Part shown: piece after piece, positions 45,398 through 54,982 of the stretch
Layout: the number at the start of each line of letters is the position of its first letter
Position numbering within the stretch: position 1 is the first letter of the stretch
DNA from: Spirochaetales bacterium
GTDB taxonomy: Bacteria > Spirochaetota > Spirochaetia > JABEVK01
NCBI GenBank assembly: GCA_947478845.1
Contig: CANJXC010000003.1
Span: 177,659 to 241,658 of the forward strand
DNA: 64,000 nucleotides
Reading direction: 5' to 3'
Notes under the pieces: generated by a model
The model's database searches: none
Seen by the model: the letters and a program-made list of their open reading frames with translations, nothing else
Told to the model about the DNA's origin: nothing
Translations under genes and position numbers: made by a program

Positions 45398-46848
45398 GGC
45401 AAGACCAGCGGGCCCGCGTTCAAAAGGTCGACGGCTTTCTTGAGCACGATGTCGTAGTCGAGATCTATCGTGGGCGGATTCTGGTTTTTGGCGCGCCATT
45501 GTTCTACCCGCGACAACCGGGTGAGCAAACGTTCGTTTAGGGCTATGCCAGAGGATTGTAGTTCTTTCACGAAAATTGCGATGGAAGCGGCAGAGCCATC
45601 CGGATGAGCCTTGGCCCAGGTTTCCAGCTTTTTGTCGTTCAAAAGCTTGCGGTAGATTTCCAGCTCGGCGTCGGTGAGATCAGGGTCTTTGACCTCGAGA
45701 TCAGGCTTGATACCGACTTTGTCGATGTTGACGCCGGAGGGGGTATAGTACCGGGCCATCGTCAGCTTGAAACCAGTCTTGTCGAAGGGAATGATCTGTT
45801 GAACAGAGCCTTTGCCATAGGTGGTTTCACCCACGAGCAGGGCCCGCTTTCGATCTTTTAAAGCACCTGAAAGAATTTCGGAGGCAGAGGCACTTCCCTT
45901 GTCAATCAAGACAATAATTTGCACGCTATTGGGAACTGTCTGCTCGTTCTCAGCATTGTAAGTAGAGGACTCCCCGGGGACGCGTGAACGGGTGCTAACA
46001 ATGACCCCGTCTTTGAAAAACCGGCCACCGATTTTGGCCACAATTTCCAGCAAACCGCCAGGATTGTTGCGCAGATCGATGATGAGTTTGGCATAACTTT
46101 TCTTTTCGAACCCGCTGATGGCCTCATCGAACTTTTCTTTGGTGTGAGCGTTGAACTGCGTGATGCGCAGGTAGGCAATTCCGGGTTCTATCCAGGCTGT
46201 CTTTACGGTGGGTACCTCAATCTTGGCCCGCTCCAATTCGAAGTCAAGACTCGTCGCGCTGCCCCGCAAAATGGTCACTTTTACCTTTGTGCCCGGCTTT
46301 CCGCGGAGCACCGAAAGCACCTTGTCCATACTGAACTCGGTAACATCTTCGCCCTGAATTTTAGTGATGTAGTCCCCGGCTAGGATTCCGGCCTTATAAG
46401 CAGGAGTATCTTCAATCGGAGCAACAATTTCCACATAGTGTTCGCGCAAATCGCCCGACTTAGAGGCTTGGCTTGGATCTGTTTTGTTGATGTACAGCCC
46501 AACTCCGCCGAACTCACCGGTGGTGGTATCATTCAGGCCCATCATGTCGATATCGCTGAGGTAAAGGCTGTGAGGGTCGCCTAGGCTGTCAAACAGACCT
46601 TTCATGGCACCCTCGAAGAGCTTCTGCTGGTCTGGCTCGTCGACAAAGTTGCGGGAAACATACGAAAAAACCTGCTCAAACATTTGGGCATATTTACGTT
46701 CTGACGAAGAGTTACCGGGGGTGCTTTGCCCAAAAACCGCTGGTCCCAAAGTAAAAAACAACAGCACAAAAAGGGCGATAGCACCGACACTTGCCAAGCT
46801 TGAACGGATCAAAATTTTCTTTTTGTCTTGGGCTTCCATGGGGGGCAA
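45394..46848 (-). CDS. ctpA: Carboxy-terminal processing protease (S41 family)
   Basis: PDZ domain plus S41 catalytic region (DLRNNPGGLL; ETTYGKGSVQ). Confidence 0.85.
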   Translation of the reverse strand: MPPMEAQDKKKILIRSSLASVGAIALFVLLFFTLGPAVFGQSTPGNSSSERKYAQMFEQVFSYVSRNFVDEPDQQKLFEGAMKGLFDSLGDPHSLYLSDIDMMGLNDTTTGEFGGVGLYINKTDPSQASKSGDLREHYVEIVAPIEDTPAYKAGILAGDYITKIQGEDVTEFSMDKVLSVLRGKPGTKVKVTILRGSATSLDFELERAKIEVPTVKTAWIEPGIAYLRITQFNAHTKEKFDEAISGFEKKSYAKLIIDLRNNPGGLLEIVAKIGGRFFKDGVIVSTRSRVPGESSTYNAENEQTVPNSVQIIVLIDKGSASASEILSGALKDRKRALLVGETTYGKGSVQQIIPFDKTGFKLTMARYYTPSGVNIDKVGIKPDLEVKDPDLTDAELEIYRKLLNDKKLETWAKAHPDGSAASIAIFVKELQSSGIALNERLLTRLSRVEQWRAKNQNPPTIDLDYDIVLKKAVDLLNAGPLVLP

Positions 46849-46912
46849 TATAGTACGTTACACTTGACCGTGCATAGGTGCGGAATTACAATGATGGTCC
46901 GGAGGGGCGAGC

Positions 46913-48058
46913 GTGCAGATCATTCCCATCGCGAGCGGCAAGGGAGGTGTCGGCAAGTCTTTAGTTGCCGCCAATCTCGCCATCGCTCTCGCCCAGGCCG
47001 GCAAAAATGTTGTATTAGCCGACTTGGATTTGGGCGGATCAAACCTTCATCTGATCCTCGGCCTAAGGGGAATTCCTGTGGGAATAGGCACCTGGATCAA
47101 CGACCCGACGCTGGACTTTGAAGACATCATTGTCGACACCGACATTGACACCTTGCGCTTCATTCCGGGTGATTCCGAAATCCCTGGAATGGCTAACCTG
47201 AAACCAAGTCAGAAACGCAGCCTGATCAAGTGCCTGATGGGACTTTCCCGCACCGATATCCTCGTGATCGACCTAGGCGCCGGAACCAGTGCGAACACCA
47301 TAGATTTCTTTCTGATGTCGGGGCACGGAATCATCATTACAACACCCACCCTGACTGCCACCCTCAACGCCTATTTTTTTTTGAAGAATGCTGTGTTTCG
47401 TATTCTCGAGACATCGTTTGAAAAAGGTTCTTGGGCCGAAATCCAGTTTCATAAACTGATCGCAGGCGGCAGTGCCCTTCAGAAGATGTACATCCCCAAG
47501 TTTCTCGAAAGGATTAAGGAAAAAGACCCTGCAAGCTATGCGGCGTACAAAAAGGCCTCGGTGAACTTTCAGCCCCGCTTTATTTTCAATATGCTGGAGG
47601 ACCCCAAGGACGTGGAAAAAGCCAACAAGGTACGGCGATCTTGCCAGCAGTATCTCGGCTACGACCTCGAGCACTTGGGAGTGATTTATCGCGACGAAAC
47701 TCAAGACATCGCCCTCGCGGCGCGCCTGCCGGTTGTCCTGTATAAGCCTCAGTCGGTGCTATCGCAGGCCATCTACCGAATCGCCGACAAAATCCTTCCC
47801 TTCGATAGGGATGAATCCGGACCACTAAACCTTAAAGCCCTTGAGGAGAGTCACCAGACTGCTTCGTTAGAGGCTGAAGTCGATTTCGAATCCAAGATGG
47901 CCTACTTGCAGGAGTTGCTTCAAAGTGGAGCTCTCACCATGGGCGACCTGATGGAGACGGTGAAAACCCAACAGTTCGAGATTAGTCAACTCAAGAAAGA
48001 GAATCTTCTTCTTAAATCCAAGATTGTCAAAGCCATTCAGGCCGGCCTTAAGTTGTAG
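46913..48058 (+). CDS. MinD/ParA-family P-loop ATPase with an approximately 110-aa C-terminal coiled-coil extension
   Basis: Deviant Walker A IASGKGGVGKS; GTG start preceded by GGAGGGG SD; 381 aa. Confidence 0.8.
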   Translation: MQIIPIASGKGGVGKSLVAANLAIALAQAGKNVVLADLDLGGSNLHLILGLRGIPVGIGTWINDPTLDFEDIIVDTDIDTLRFIPGDSEIPGMANLKPSQKRSLIKCLMGLSRTDILVIDLGAGTSANTIDFFLMSGHGIIITTPTLTATLNAYFFLKNAVFRILETSFEKGSWAEIQFHKLIAGGSALQKMYIPKFLERIKEKDPASYAAYKKASVNFQPRFIFNMLEDPKDVEKANKVRRSCQQYLGYDLEHLGVIYRDETQDIALAARLPVVLYKPQSVLSQAIYRIADKILPFDRDESGPLNLKALEESHQTASLEAEVDFESKMAYLQELLQSGALTMGDLMETVKTQQFEISQLKKENLLLKSKIVKAIQAGLKL

Positions 48059-48064
48059 GTCACC

Positions 48065-50935
48065 ATGGGTGCGGGACTGAGTTTTACGGGTACAATTACC
48101 GTTGAAGTCGACACGTTTCTCCTCCAAGCCTTTCTAAACCTCGTCAAGCAGGGCGACCAGCTTATCGATGATGCTGCTGTATTCCGCCTCCTGTCCAAGG
48201 CGGGTGTCACTTCTGGTTTCGAGGCCAAGGGAGTCATCCATGCGGTTCAGCGGTTTGCCAATTCTAGCGACACGCAAGCCCGGCTGCTGATTGCGAAGGG
48301 CGAGCTTCCTGATCCACCCCGCAGTGAGCAGTGGATTTGGCAGGAAAACCTAAGTCTCCCGGCCGAAATGAAGGACCTCTCAGGGAAAGTGGCGAAGGCT
48401 GCCGGACACCCGGAAGTTTTCAATATCCGAACCGAGAAGGTGCGCGTACAGAAGAAGGTTGGGGCCAAAGGTGGCGCGCTTGCGAACGACAAACAGGGCT
48501 TCGAGACGTCGGTCGAGAACCGCGAAGTGCGAGAAAAAGTGCTTGTTGACCCCAACCCTGGAAAGGTTTACTTCGTTAGCGCCGGCGCGTTGGTGGCCCA
48601 AGTTTCGCCGCCCCGCCTTGGCAAGCCCGGGAAAGACCTTGCGGGGCAAACCATCGCCCCGCCAGACTCCAAGCCTGCCCCGTTTTATACCGGGAAGTAT
48701 CTGCTTCGACAGCGCAATGAAGTGTTTGCCGAATCGTCTGGGTTTCTGCGCATTGGCCGCAATTGGGCCGACGTGGTTCCTTTTGAACAGCACCGTTGGC
48801 AAGTGACCTATTCTGCCGACAAGACAAGTGCGTTCTTGACTTTAGAACCCGGAAGTTCGCAGGCGCAACCGCTGCAAGCCGAGTTTGTGCTCGCCCATCT
48901 CAACGAGCACGGCTTTCCGTCGAAACTTCTCCCTGACCCTACCGACCTCCAGCAGCTGATCGACGCTGTTGTCAGTACCCGCAAGGCACTGTTTGACCAC
49001 CCGATAACGGCCAATCGCGAGGGTGGTTTTGAGGTGCATTTTTCACCCGATAAGAGCCAAGCTTTTCTGACAATTGTGAAGCCCCTCGGAAAAGGGAAAC
49101 CCATCTCGCTCAAAGACCTGGGAACCAAACTGCGCGAAGCCAACCTCAAGGGCTTCAATTTTGAGACCGTGAAAGGGGCGATAACCGAGTTTCTGGCAAG
49201 TTCCCAAACCGAGCTGAAGGACTTTCTGTTGGCGACCGGGAAAGCTCCGACGCGTAGTGGCATCAGGCAACTAGTCTACAAAGTGAGTTTTCTTGCACCT
49301 GAGGAAACCGAGCAGTTGCGCAAGAGTTTCGAAGGCAATGGGATCGACCGGCTCGATAAAGTAACCCCGGCCAAAGCCGGACAAGTGCTCGCGGTGTTTC
49401 AGGATGAGAAGGGGTCGCGGGGAAAACAAGGGCTGGATGTGTGCGGGCAGCCTATACCCCCGCTACCCGGTCAGGAACCACCAATCGTCCTTCTGACCGG
49501 AGTGCGTCGAAACGGGGACGCCCTAGAAGCCGTTCGTGATGGACTGCTGGAAATCGGGCCCAGTGGAAACGCGACTGCTTTCCGCATGCGGCTTCATCAG
49601 GATGCCACTGTCGTCGTCGCCAAAGCAGCAGACAACATGTCTGCCTACATTTCCATGTCCCAGAACAAGGGATCGGGCAAACCGCTGAGCAGGGCCCAGG
49701 TAGACGCAGTCCTGCTTCGCGAGCAAGTGACGCATGGAGTCATGTTTGACAAGATTGACGAGGCGTTCAAGGTTCTCGAAGGTGGGGGTATCGTTGACAA
49801 GGTCCTGATAGCGAAAGGAACTCCCGCTGGAAATGATTTGGAACGTCGGCTTACTTTCACAACGCCGCTCAGGACGGATTCCAAGGGGTTGCGCCGGTGT
49901 GTTGCGAGGGCTGGCGAGGTGGTAGCCGAGTTTCAACCTCCGCAGTACGACCAAGTGGATGGTAAAGACGTGCTCGGAAATCTGGTACCTTCCAAAGACA
50001 TGGAAATCCGTCCCCTGCTGGTTTCGCAAGACTTTGCAGTCGAGATTGCCGAAGACGGAAGGCAGTTGATCAAGCCACTAAAGAATGGGGATCTGGTGTT
50101 AGTCGGTGAGTCGCTGAGCCTTGTAAGTCAGGTAGCCATCACGTCGGTGGCTTCTGGTGCGGGTGGAGTGAAGTTCACGGGAGAGGTGGTGGTTTCCGGA
50201 GGGGTAGAGACCGGTACCTACGTGATGGCTGGTAGCGTGAAGATTCGCGGGCGAGTGGGCGGGGCCTTGCTCTCCTCCGATACCAACATACAAGTTTCCG
50301 AAGGCATCCATGGCGAGGGCAAGGCCGTGCTTCGGGCCAAGAAACACGTTTCGGTGGGCTTCATGGAACGCTGCCTCGTCATGGCCGTAGGCGACTTGCA
50401 CATCGGTAAGTCTGCCCTTGCGTGCACTCTGCGCATCAATGGAAAAGTTTACCAAAAGACCTCCGCCGGTGGCATCGTAGGTGGACTCGTCAAAACCCGC
50501 TTGGGTCTTGATGTGATGAACCTCGGATCGGCTGCGGGCGTTCATGCGCATGTTTCGTTTGGACAGGACTACCTCATCGAAGACCAGATTGTGGCCGAAT
50601 TAAAAGAGACCGAAAAGCTCCGTGACGCTATTGTGCACTTAGACGCTATCATGCGCCGGCTTTCGGGTCCCCTCGACCGGGATAAACTTGGAGGTGCGGC
50701 GCGCAAGAAAGTCCTCTTGATAAAAATGCTGGAGAAGCGCAACCTAAGACTGATTCATCTACGCGAAAAGTTTGAGCCCCATACACCCAGTGAAATCGTT
50801 GTCCGGGAGTCGTTGTTTCCAGGCGTCGCGATCGAAAGTCATGGGCGCCTCTATGAAGTCAAGAACCGCAAGTCGGCGATCCGCCTCGTGTTTAACCAGC
50901 AGACAGGCCATATCGAAGAGTCTCCCTTAGCCTGA
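48065..50935 (+). CDS. DUF342/FapA-like protein (956 aa) with three tandem N-terminal FapA_N-like modules and a C-terminal beta-solenoid
   Basis: Three repeats of the pattern ...AFLTLEP/AFLTIVKP/AYISMSQ... with GxP...G.D/N endings; Gly/Val-rich solenoid (GAGGVKFTGEVVVSGGVETGTYVMAGSVKIRGRVGG...); helical tail; 6 nt after the ATPase gene. Confidence 0.6.
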   Translation: MGAGLSFTGTITVEVDTFLLQAFLNLVKQGDQLIDDAAVFRLLSKAGVTSGFEAKGVIHAVQRFANSSDTQARLLIAKGELPDPPRSEQWIWQENLSLPAEMKDLSGKVAKAAGHPEVFNIRTEKVRVQKKVGAKGGALANDKQGFETSVENREVREKVLVDPNPGKVYFVSAGALVAQVSPPRLGKPGKDLAGQTIAPPDSKPAPFYTGKYLLRQRNEVFAESSGFLRIGRNWADVVPFEQHRWQVTYSADKTSAFLTLEPGSSQAQPLQAEFVLAHLNEHGFPSKLLPDPTDLQQLIDAVVSTRKALFDHPITANREGGFEVHFSPDKSQAFLTIVKPLGKGKPISLKDLGTKLREANLKGFNFETVKGAITEFLASSQTELKDFLLATGKAPTRSGIRQLVYKVSFLAPEETEQLRKSFEGNGIDRLDKVTPAKAGQVLAVFQDEKGSRGKQGLDVCGQPIPPLPGQEPPIVLLTGVRRNGDALEAVRDGLLEIGPSGNATAFRMRLHQDATVVVAKAADNMSAYISMSQNKGSGKPLSRAQVDAVLLREQVTHGVMFDKIDEAFKVLEGGGIVDKVLIAKGTPAGNDLERRLTFTTPLRTDSKGLRRCVARAGEVVAEFQPPQYDQVDGKDVLGNLVPSKDMEIRPLLVSQDFAVEIAEDGRQLIKPLKNGDLVLVGESLSLVSQVAITSVASGAGGVKFTGEVVVSGGVETGTYVMAGSVKIRGRVGGALLSSDTNIQVSEGIHGEGKAVLRAKKHVSVGFMERCLVMAVGDLHIGKSALACTLRINGKVYQKTSAGGIVGGLVKTRLGLDVMNLGSAAGVHAHVSFGQDYLIEDQIVAELKETEKLRDAIVHLDAIMRRLSGPLDRDKLGGAARKKVLLIKMLEKRNLRLIHLREKFEPHTPSEIVVRESLFPGVAIESHGRLYEVKNRKSAIRLVFNQQTGHIEESPLA

Positions 50936-50945
50936 TGGAGGTACC

Positions 50946-51956
50946 ATGCCCCTTTTTCTGACTTTTCCCGATTGGATACGACCCGAAATTATTCAGGGTT
51001 TCCCTGTGCGATGGTATGGCCTGATGTACATTGTCGCCTTTTTCATCGCCTATGCTCTTTTCTTGCGTCAGGCGAAGACCAGTGGAACTACCGTTGACTC
51101 CAACAGGGTGCAGAACTTCTTCTTTGCTGGATTGGCCGGAATGTTGGTGGGGGCACGCATTTTTGCCACGCTGATTTACGATACCACTGGCCGTTACTGG
51201 CAGAACCCCCTTCTCATTTTTTGGCCCTTTGCAGACAACGGGACCTTCACCGGTTTCGCCGGCATGTCCTACCATGGCGCCGTGCTTGGTATCGTCATCG
51301 GTATGACTCTCTATGCCCGCGTCACCAAGATAGACCTGCTTCTCTGGGGCGATTGGGTGGTCGCCGGTGCCCCCCTTGGCTACACCTTCGGTCGGCTGGG
51401 AAACTTCATCAACGCCGAGTTGTGGGGGCGGGTGACGACGGCTCCCTGGGGCATCGTGTTCCCCAACGGTGAGCCACTGCCTGTGGACGAGCCTTGGGTG
51501 AAGGAGGCCATGCAGCAGACCGGAGTCACCGTGACCCAGACGATTGGTGGGTCTGAGTTCGTCAATTTGCCCCGACATCCCTCGCAGCTCTATGAGGCTT
51601 TTGGCGAGGGAATCGTGCTGTGGCTTGTGATGTGGTTCGTTCTCAAGCCTCGCAAGCCATTCAAGGGATTTCTCGTGGGTGCCTACCTTATCGGTTATGG
51701 GCTGATTCGCTTCGTCATCGAGTACTTGAGAAACCCCGACAAGGGGCTGGACTTCATTATCGTTTTCCAGCCTGGCTACAGCACCAGCCAGCTCTCTGTT
51801 CCCCTGTTGAACTTCAGTATGGGCCAAATCCTCTGCGCGGTGATGATTCTCGCCGGCGCACTCTGGATTGCCCTCTGTGCGAGGCTCGACCAGAAGGCCA
51901 GGGAACAAGCCAAGGTTGAGACTCCGGCGGCCAAGAAGCCCCGGCGAAAACGCTGA
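50946..51956 (+). CDS. lgt: Prolipoprotein diacylglyceryl transferase
   Basis: Lgt signature GRLGNFINAELWG; multiple TM helices; Lys/Arg-rich tail. Confidence 0.9.
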   Translation: MPLFLTFPDWIRPEIIQGFPVRWYGLMYIVAFFIAYALFLRQAKTSGTTVDSNRVQNFFFAGLAGMLVGARIFATLIYDTTGRYWQNPLLIFWPFADNGTFTGFAGMSYHGAVLGIVIGMTLYARVTKIDLLLWGDWVVAGAPLGYTFGRLGNFINAELWGRVTTAPWGIVFPNGEPLPVDEPWVKEAMQQTGVTVTQTIGGSEFVNLPRHPSQLYEAFGEGIVLWLVMWFVLKPRKPFKGFLVGAYLIGYGLIRFVIEYLRNPDKGLDFIIVFQPGYSTSQLSVPLLNFSMGQILCAVMILAGALWIALCARLDQKAREQAKVETPAAKKPRRKR

Positions 51957-51989
51957 TCTAAGGCCAAGAACTTTCTCAAAGCAAGTCCT

Positions 51990-53411
51990 TTAGCCAAGAG
52001 CTTCAAGACTTTCCTGGGCGATGCCGTTGGTCTGATAGGGATGGATGTTGTACACCCACCCCGCGTCGAAGATATTGAGAAAGTCGTTGAGGGGCCGTAC
52101 CGAAACCGTCAGCGAATAGAAGCGCGTCTGGCGGGCTTCCTGTTGGCGGCGTATCGCCTGACGAATGGCGCTGGGAATCTTGGGTACGGCAAAATCACTG
52201 CAAACCAGCACATCCGCGTCGCGGAAGGCCTGCTCTTCGAGAACCTTCAGGGTTTCGCGCAGGGCCGGGGCGAGGTCGGTTCCGCCGTGAAAGCTGAACT
52301 CAAGAAACTCGATGAGGTCGGGAAGTCGGCGTGCCAGATCCGTGATTTCCAGGGTGCGAACCTTCGACGAGAAGTTGATCAGGTAGCACGGCCGCTGTTC
52401 TTCCAAAGCCACGCGTACGAGGGCCAAAACCGCCGTTTTGGCCACTTCCTCGGGCTTGCCCCGCATCGAACCTGACGTGTCGAGGCAAACGATGAGAGGA
52501 CCCCGCTCATTTTTCGCTTGCCTGACCTCGGAGCGTTTTGCCGAGAGTACCGCAGGTGGCGCAGGGGTGAAGTGGTCCCACGAAAGGAGCTCGCCTTCCG
52601 CCGTTTTCCGGTAGAACAAGGTGCTTGTGTCGGGAAACGACAGCAGCGCCAACTCGCTGCTCAGAGCGGTGCTCCACTCGGAGCCAAAAGTAACGCCACG
52701 AATTTCTGTTTTGCCCGGTTCGGGTTCCGGGTGTGCTTGAGGCGGTAGCGGGGGTGGAACCGGCGGCTTCGAACGCGCGCGGTAGTCCCTGCCCATGAGT
52801 TCGGCAATGCGGCGAAGCGCGGGTTCTTTTTCCAGTTCTTCGGCAGCCTTATGCAGGGGGCCGAAGTCGAGGGAGTCCCAAATCCCTTCCTCTAGGTCCC
52901 AACCAATATCTCGGTCGGTGAGTAGGGCCTTCACGGCTTCCTCCGCTTCGATCAGTTTCTTTACCCTGAGCAAAAGGTGCTGGTGAAACGGCAGAAGTTC
53001 TACGGCCCGCTGCCTGTTACGCACTGCCGTCTGCCTTTCTGCTTGTTGTTCACGCCAGGTTGCGAGAAGCTTGCGGGGATGTTGTGAATGGGCGGACCAT
53101 GCTTCGGAGTGAGCGGGATAGAGTGAACCAAGGAAGTTTTGCGCGGCTCCGGGCGAAAGGGTTCCCGCCTCGAGTTGAACCAGAAGTCGGTTTTCCTGGC
53201 GGTCCAAAGGAGTTCCTGAGCTGGCTAACTGCCTGCCAACCCACAACTCGATGGACTTTGCCGTCTTAGCCGCCCAGCGGGAGGTTTCAGCTTCATCGGC
53301 AACTGTGCCAGAACCACCGGCCCACGGCCACAGTTGTTTACGGTGGGCAAACCACTGGCGCAGGTAGGTTTCCTGAGGCAGTCGCCGGGCTAGTTCGGCG
53401 TCCAAGCTCAT
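51990..53411 (-). CDS. viaA: ViaA-like von Willebrand factor A domain protein
   Basis: VWA MIDAS motif (CLDTSGSM, FHGGTD); about 473 aa; translationally coupled (ATGA) downstream of ravA-like. Confidence 0.7.
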   Translation of the reverse strand: MSLDAELARRLPQETYLRQWFAHRKQLWPWAGGSGTVADEAETSRWAAKTAKSIELWVGRQLASSGTPLDRQENRLLVQLEAGTLSPGAAQNFLGSLYPAHSEAWSAHSQHPRKLLATWREQQAERQTAVRNRQRAVELLPFHQHLLLRVKKLIEAEEAVKALLTDRDIGWDLEEGIWDSLDFGPLHKAAEELEKEPALRRIAELMGRDYRARSKPPVPPPLPPQAHPEPEPGKTEIRGVTFGSEWSTALSSELALLSFPDTSTLFYRKTAEGELLSWDHFTPAPPAVLSAKRSEVRQAKNERGPLIVCLDTSGSMRGKPEEVAKTAVLALVRVALEEQRPCYLINFSSKVRTLEITDLARRLPDLIEFLEFSFHGGTDLAPALRETLKVLEEQAFRDADVLVCSDFAVPKIPSAIRQAIRRQQEARQTRFYSLTVSVRPLNDFLNIFDAGWVYNIHPYQTNGIAQESLEALG

Positions 53412-54934
53412 CGGCGGGAGTCTCCCGGGGTTCGGGTTTCTATGAGGGTTTCAAGATCGACTAGCAAGTCACCGGCAGCCAACCCATCGCGGTCAAGACC
53501 TTGCCGGCAAGCAACCAGCCATTCTGGGCTTTTGCCACCGCAGAACAGGTGTTCCTTAGCTTCGAGCGACTTTTGAGCGGCCAGTTCTTCCAGGACCTGT
53601 CGGGCCGTCAACAATTTCTTGACCAGGGCTTCCGCTTGGCTTTCCCAAGCTCGTAAGGCAGGTCCATCGGGAAGGACTTTGTCCCACACGGTAATTTCTT
53701 CAGCCTGGTTTTCCAACAGGTAGAGCCGTCCGTCCACCTCGATTTCGGCGCTACCACCGGTTCCCCTTAACAGGTGTTTTTCGCTGTGCTGGAACGGACC
53801 ATAAGGGGTGAAGAAGAACAGCTCTCCCTCAAGGTCTTCCTCGGTCTTCAAAAGGGCGTAGTCTTGGGCCCAAACACGGGCCGAAAGCGGCCCTTGATAA
53901 CCCACCAAGGCAAAATATTCTCCGTCCTGCAGAACCGGTTTGGGCCGAGTCATTTTTCGTTCTTTGAGCATCAGCCGGCGAAGGTTCTCCCGTTGGGTTT
54001 CCACGCCATCGGCCAGTTCGTCCAGCGAAACGTCGCTCGGCCAGCCGAAATCCGACAGGGTTTCCAGGAGTACACGCACCACCTCGGGTCGCTCAGAAGG
54101 CTTGTGCCACAGCACGTGCTCGAGCAGTCCCAAATCGAGGCTGTCGACCTCCTTGCGCCCATGAACGACAGCGCACGCCTTGAGAATCTTGGCGGCCCGC
54201 TTCCACCGCCGATCCGACACGTAGGGACCTTGCTCTAGGCTTTCTCTCAGGGCTTCGAGGGCGGCGAGGACGTTCTCGGGAAGGCTCACCTGGTCGATTT
54301 TTTCCTGGAACTCGAGCCAGTCGGCGTGTGTAATCACATCTTCTGGCGCCACGGTGCCCACCTCGAGCGTGGAGTGCCCAGTTACCAGATTCCTAAAGGA
54401 TTGGGCCGATTCCACCGGACCTACCTCGAGGCGAAGTAAAAAGCGGTCCCAAAACGCCTCGGCGTTTTCTTCCCCCTCTGGGAGCCCGTTGGAGGCGGCC
54501 ACCAGCAGTTTGAGAGGAACCTTGAGCTCGAGGCTACCATTGCGGAAGACCTTTTCATTGAGGATTGTGAGCAGAGAGTTTTGAATGGGAGGACTTGAGC
54601 GCCAAATCTCATCGAGGAAGGCGATGTCAGCCTCGGGCAGGTAGCCACCGGTCTTGCGTTCAAACACGTCGCGGTCGCGCAGACCCGCGATGCTGAGCGG
54701 GCCAAAAATCTCCTCGGGGGTGGAAAACCTGCCCATTAGGTACTCAAACGCGCGGGCATTCTGAAGAGCAGCCTTGAGGCGACGGGCCACCAGACTCTTG
54801 GCAACTCCCGGTGGACCGAGAAGAAAAAGGCTCTCGCCGGCGAGGAGGGCCAGAAGACCCAGGGAAAGGGCAGTTTCGCGTTCGAGAACGCCCTCGCTGA
54901 GAGCACCGACAAGCCGTTGGAAGCGATGTTGCAT
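53408..54934 (-). CDS. ravA: RavA-like MoxR-family AAA+ ATPase
   Basis: Strong motif-level match to E. coli RavA (ESLFLLGPPGVAKSLVARRLKAALQNARAFEYLMGRFSTPEEIFGPLSI; FLDEIWRSSPPIQNSLLTILNEKVFRNG; LLVAASNGLPEGE; PYVSDRRWKRAAKILKA). Confidence 0.8.
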   Translation of the reverse strand: MQHRFQRLVGALSEGVLERETALSLGLLALLAGESLFLLGPPGVAKSLVARRLKAALQNARAFEYLMGRFSTPEEIFGPLSIAGLRDRDVFERKTGGYLPEADIAFLDEIWRSSPPIQNSLLTILNEKVFRNGSLELKVPLKLLVAASNGLPEGEENAEAFWDRFLLRLEVGPVESAQSFRNLVTGHSTLEVGTVAPEDVITHADWLEFQEKIDQVSLPENVLAALEALRESLEQGPYVSDRRWKRAAKILKACAVVHGRKEVDSLDLGLLEHVLWHKPSERPEVVRVLLETLSDFGWPSDVSLDELADGVETQRENLRRLMLKERKMTRPKPVLQDGEYFALVGYQGPLSARVWAQDYALLKTEEDLEGELFFFTPYGPFQHSEKHLLRGTGGSAEIEVDGRLYLLENQAEEITVWDKVLPDGPALRAWESQAEALVKKLLTARQVLEELAAQKSLEAKEHLFCGGKSPEWLVACRQGLDRDGLAAGDLLVDLETLIETRTPGDSRR

Positions 54935-54982
54935 CCTTTCAGGATAGTGGCGCCGGTAGAATTAATCTATTAGACTGTCGGA

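Noticed and set aside
44624-45499. Longer 291-aa version of rsmE starting at 45499
   Set aside because: The extra 34 N-terminal residues are Arg/Ser-rich, overlap ctpA, and RsmE homology begins at the internal ATG that forms an ATGA overlap with the ctpA stop
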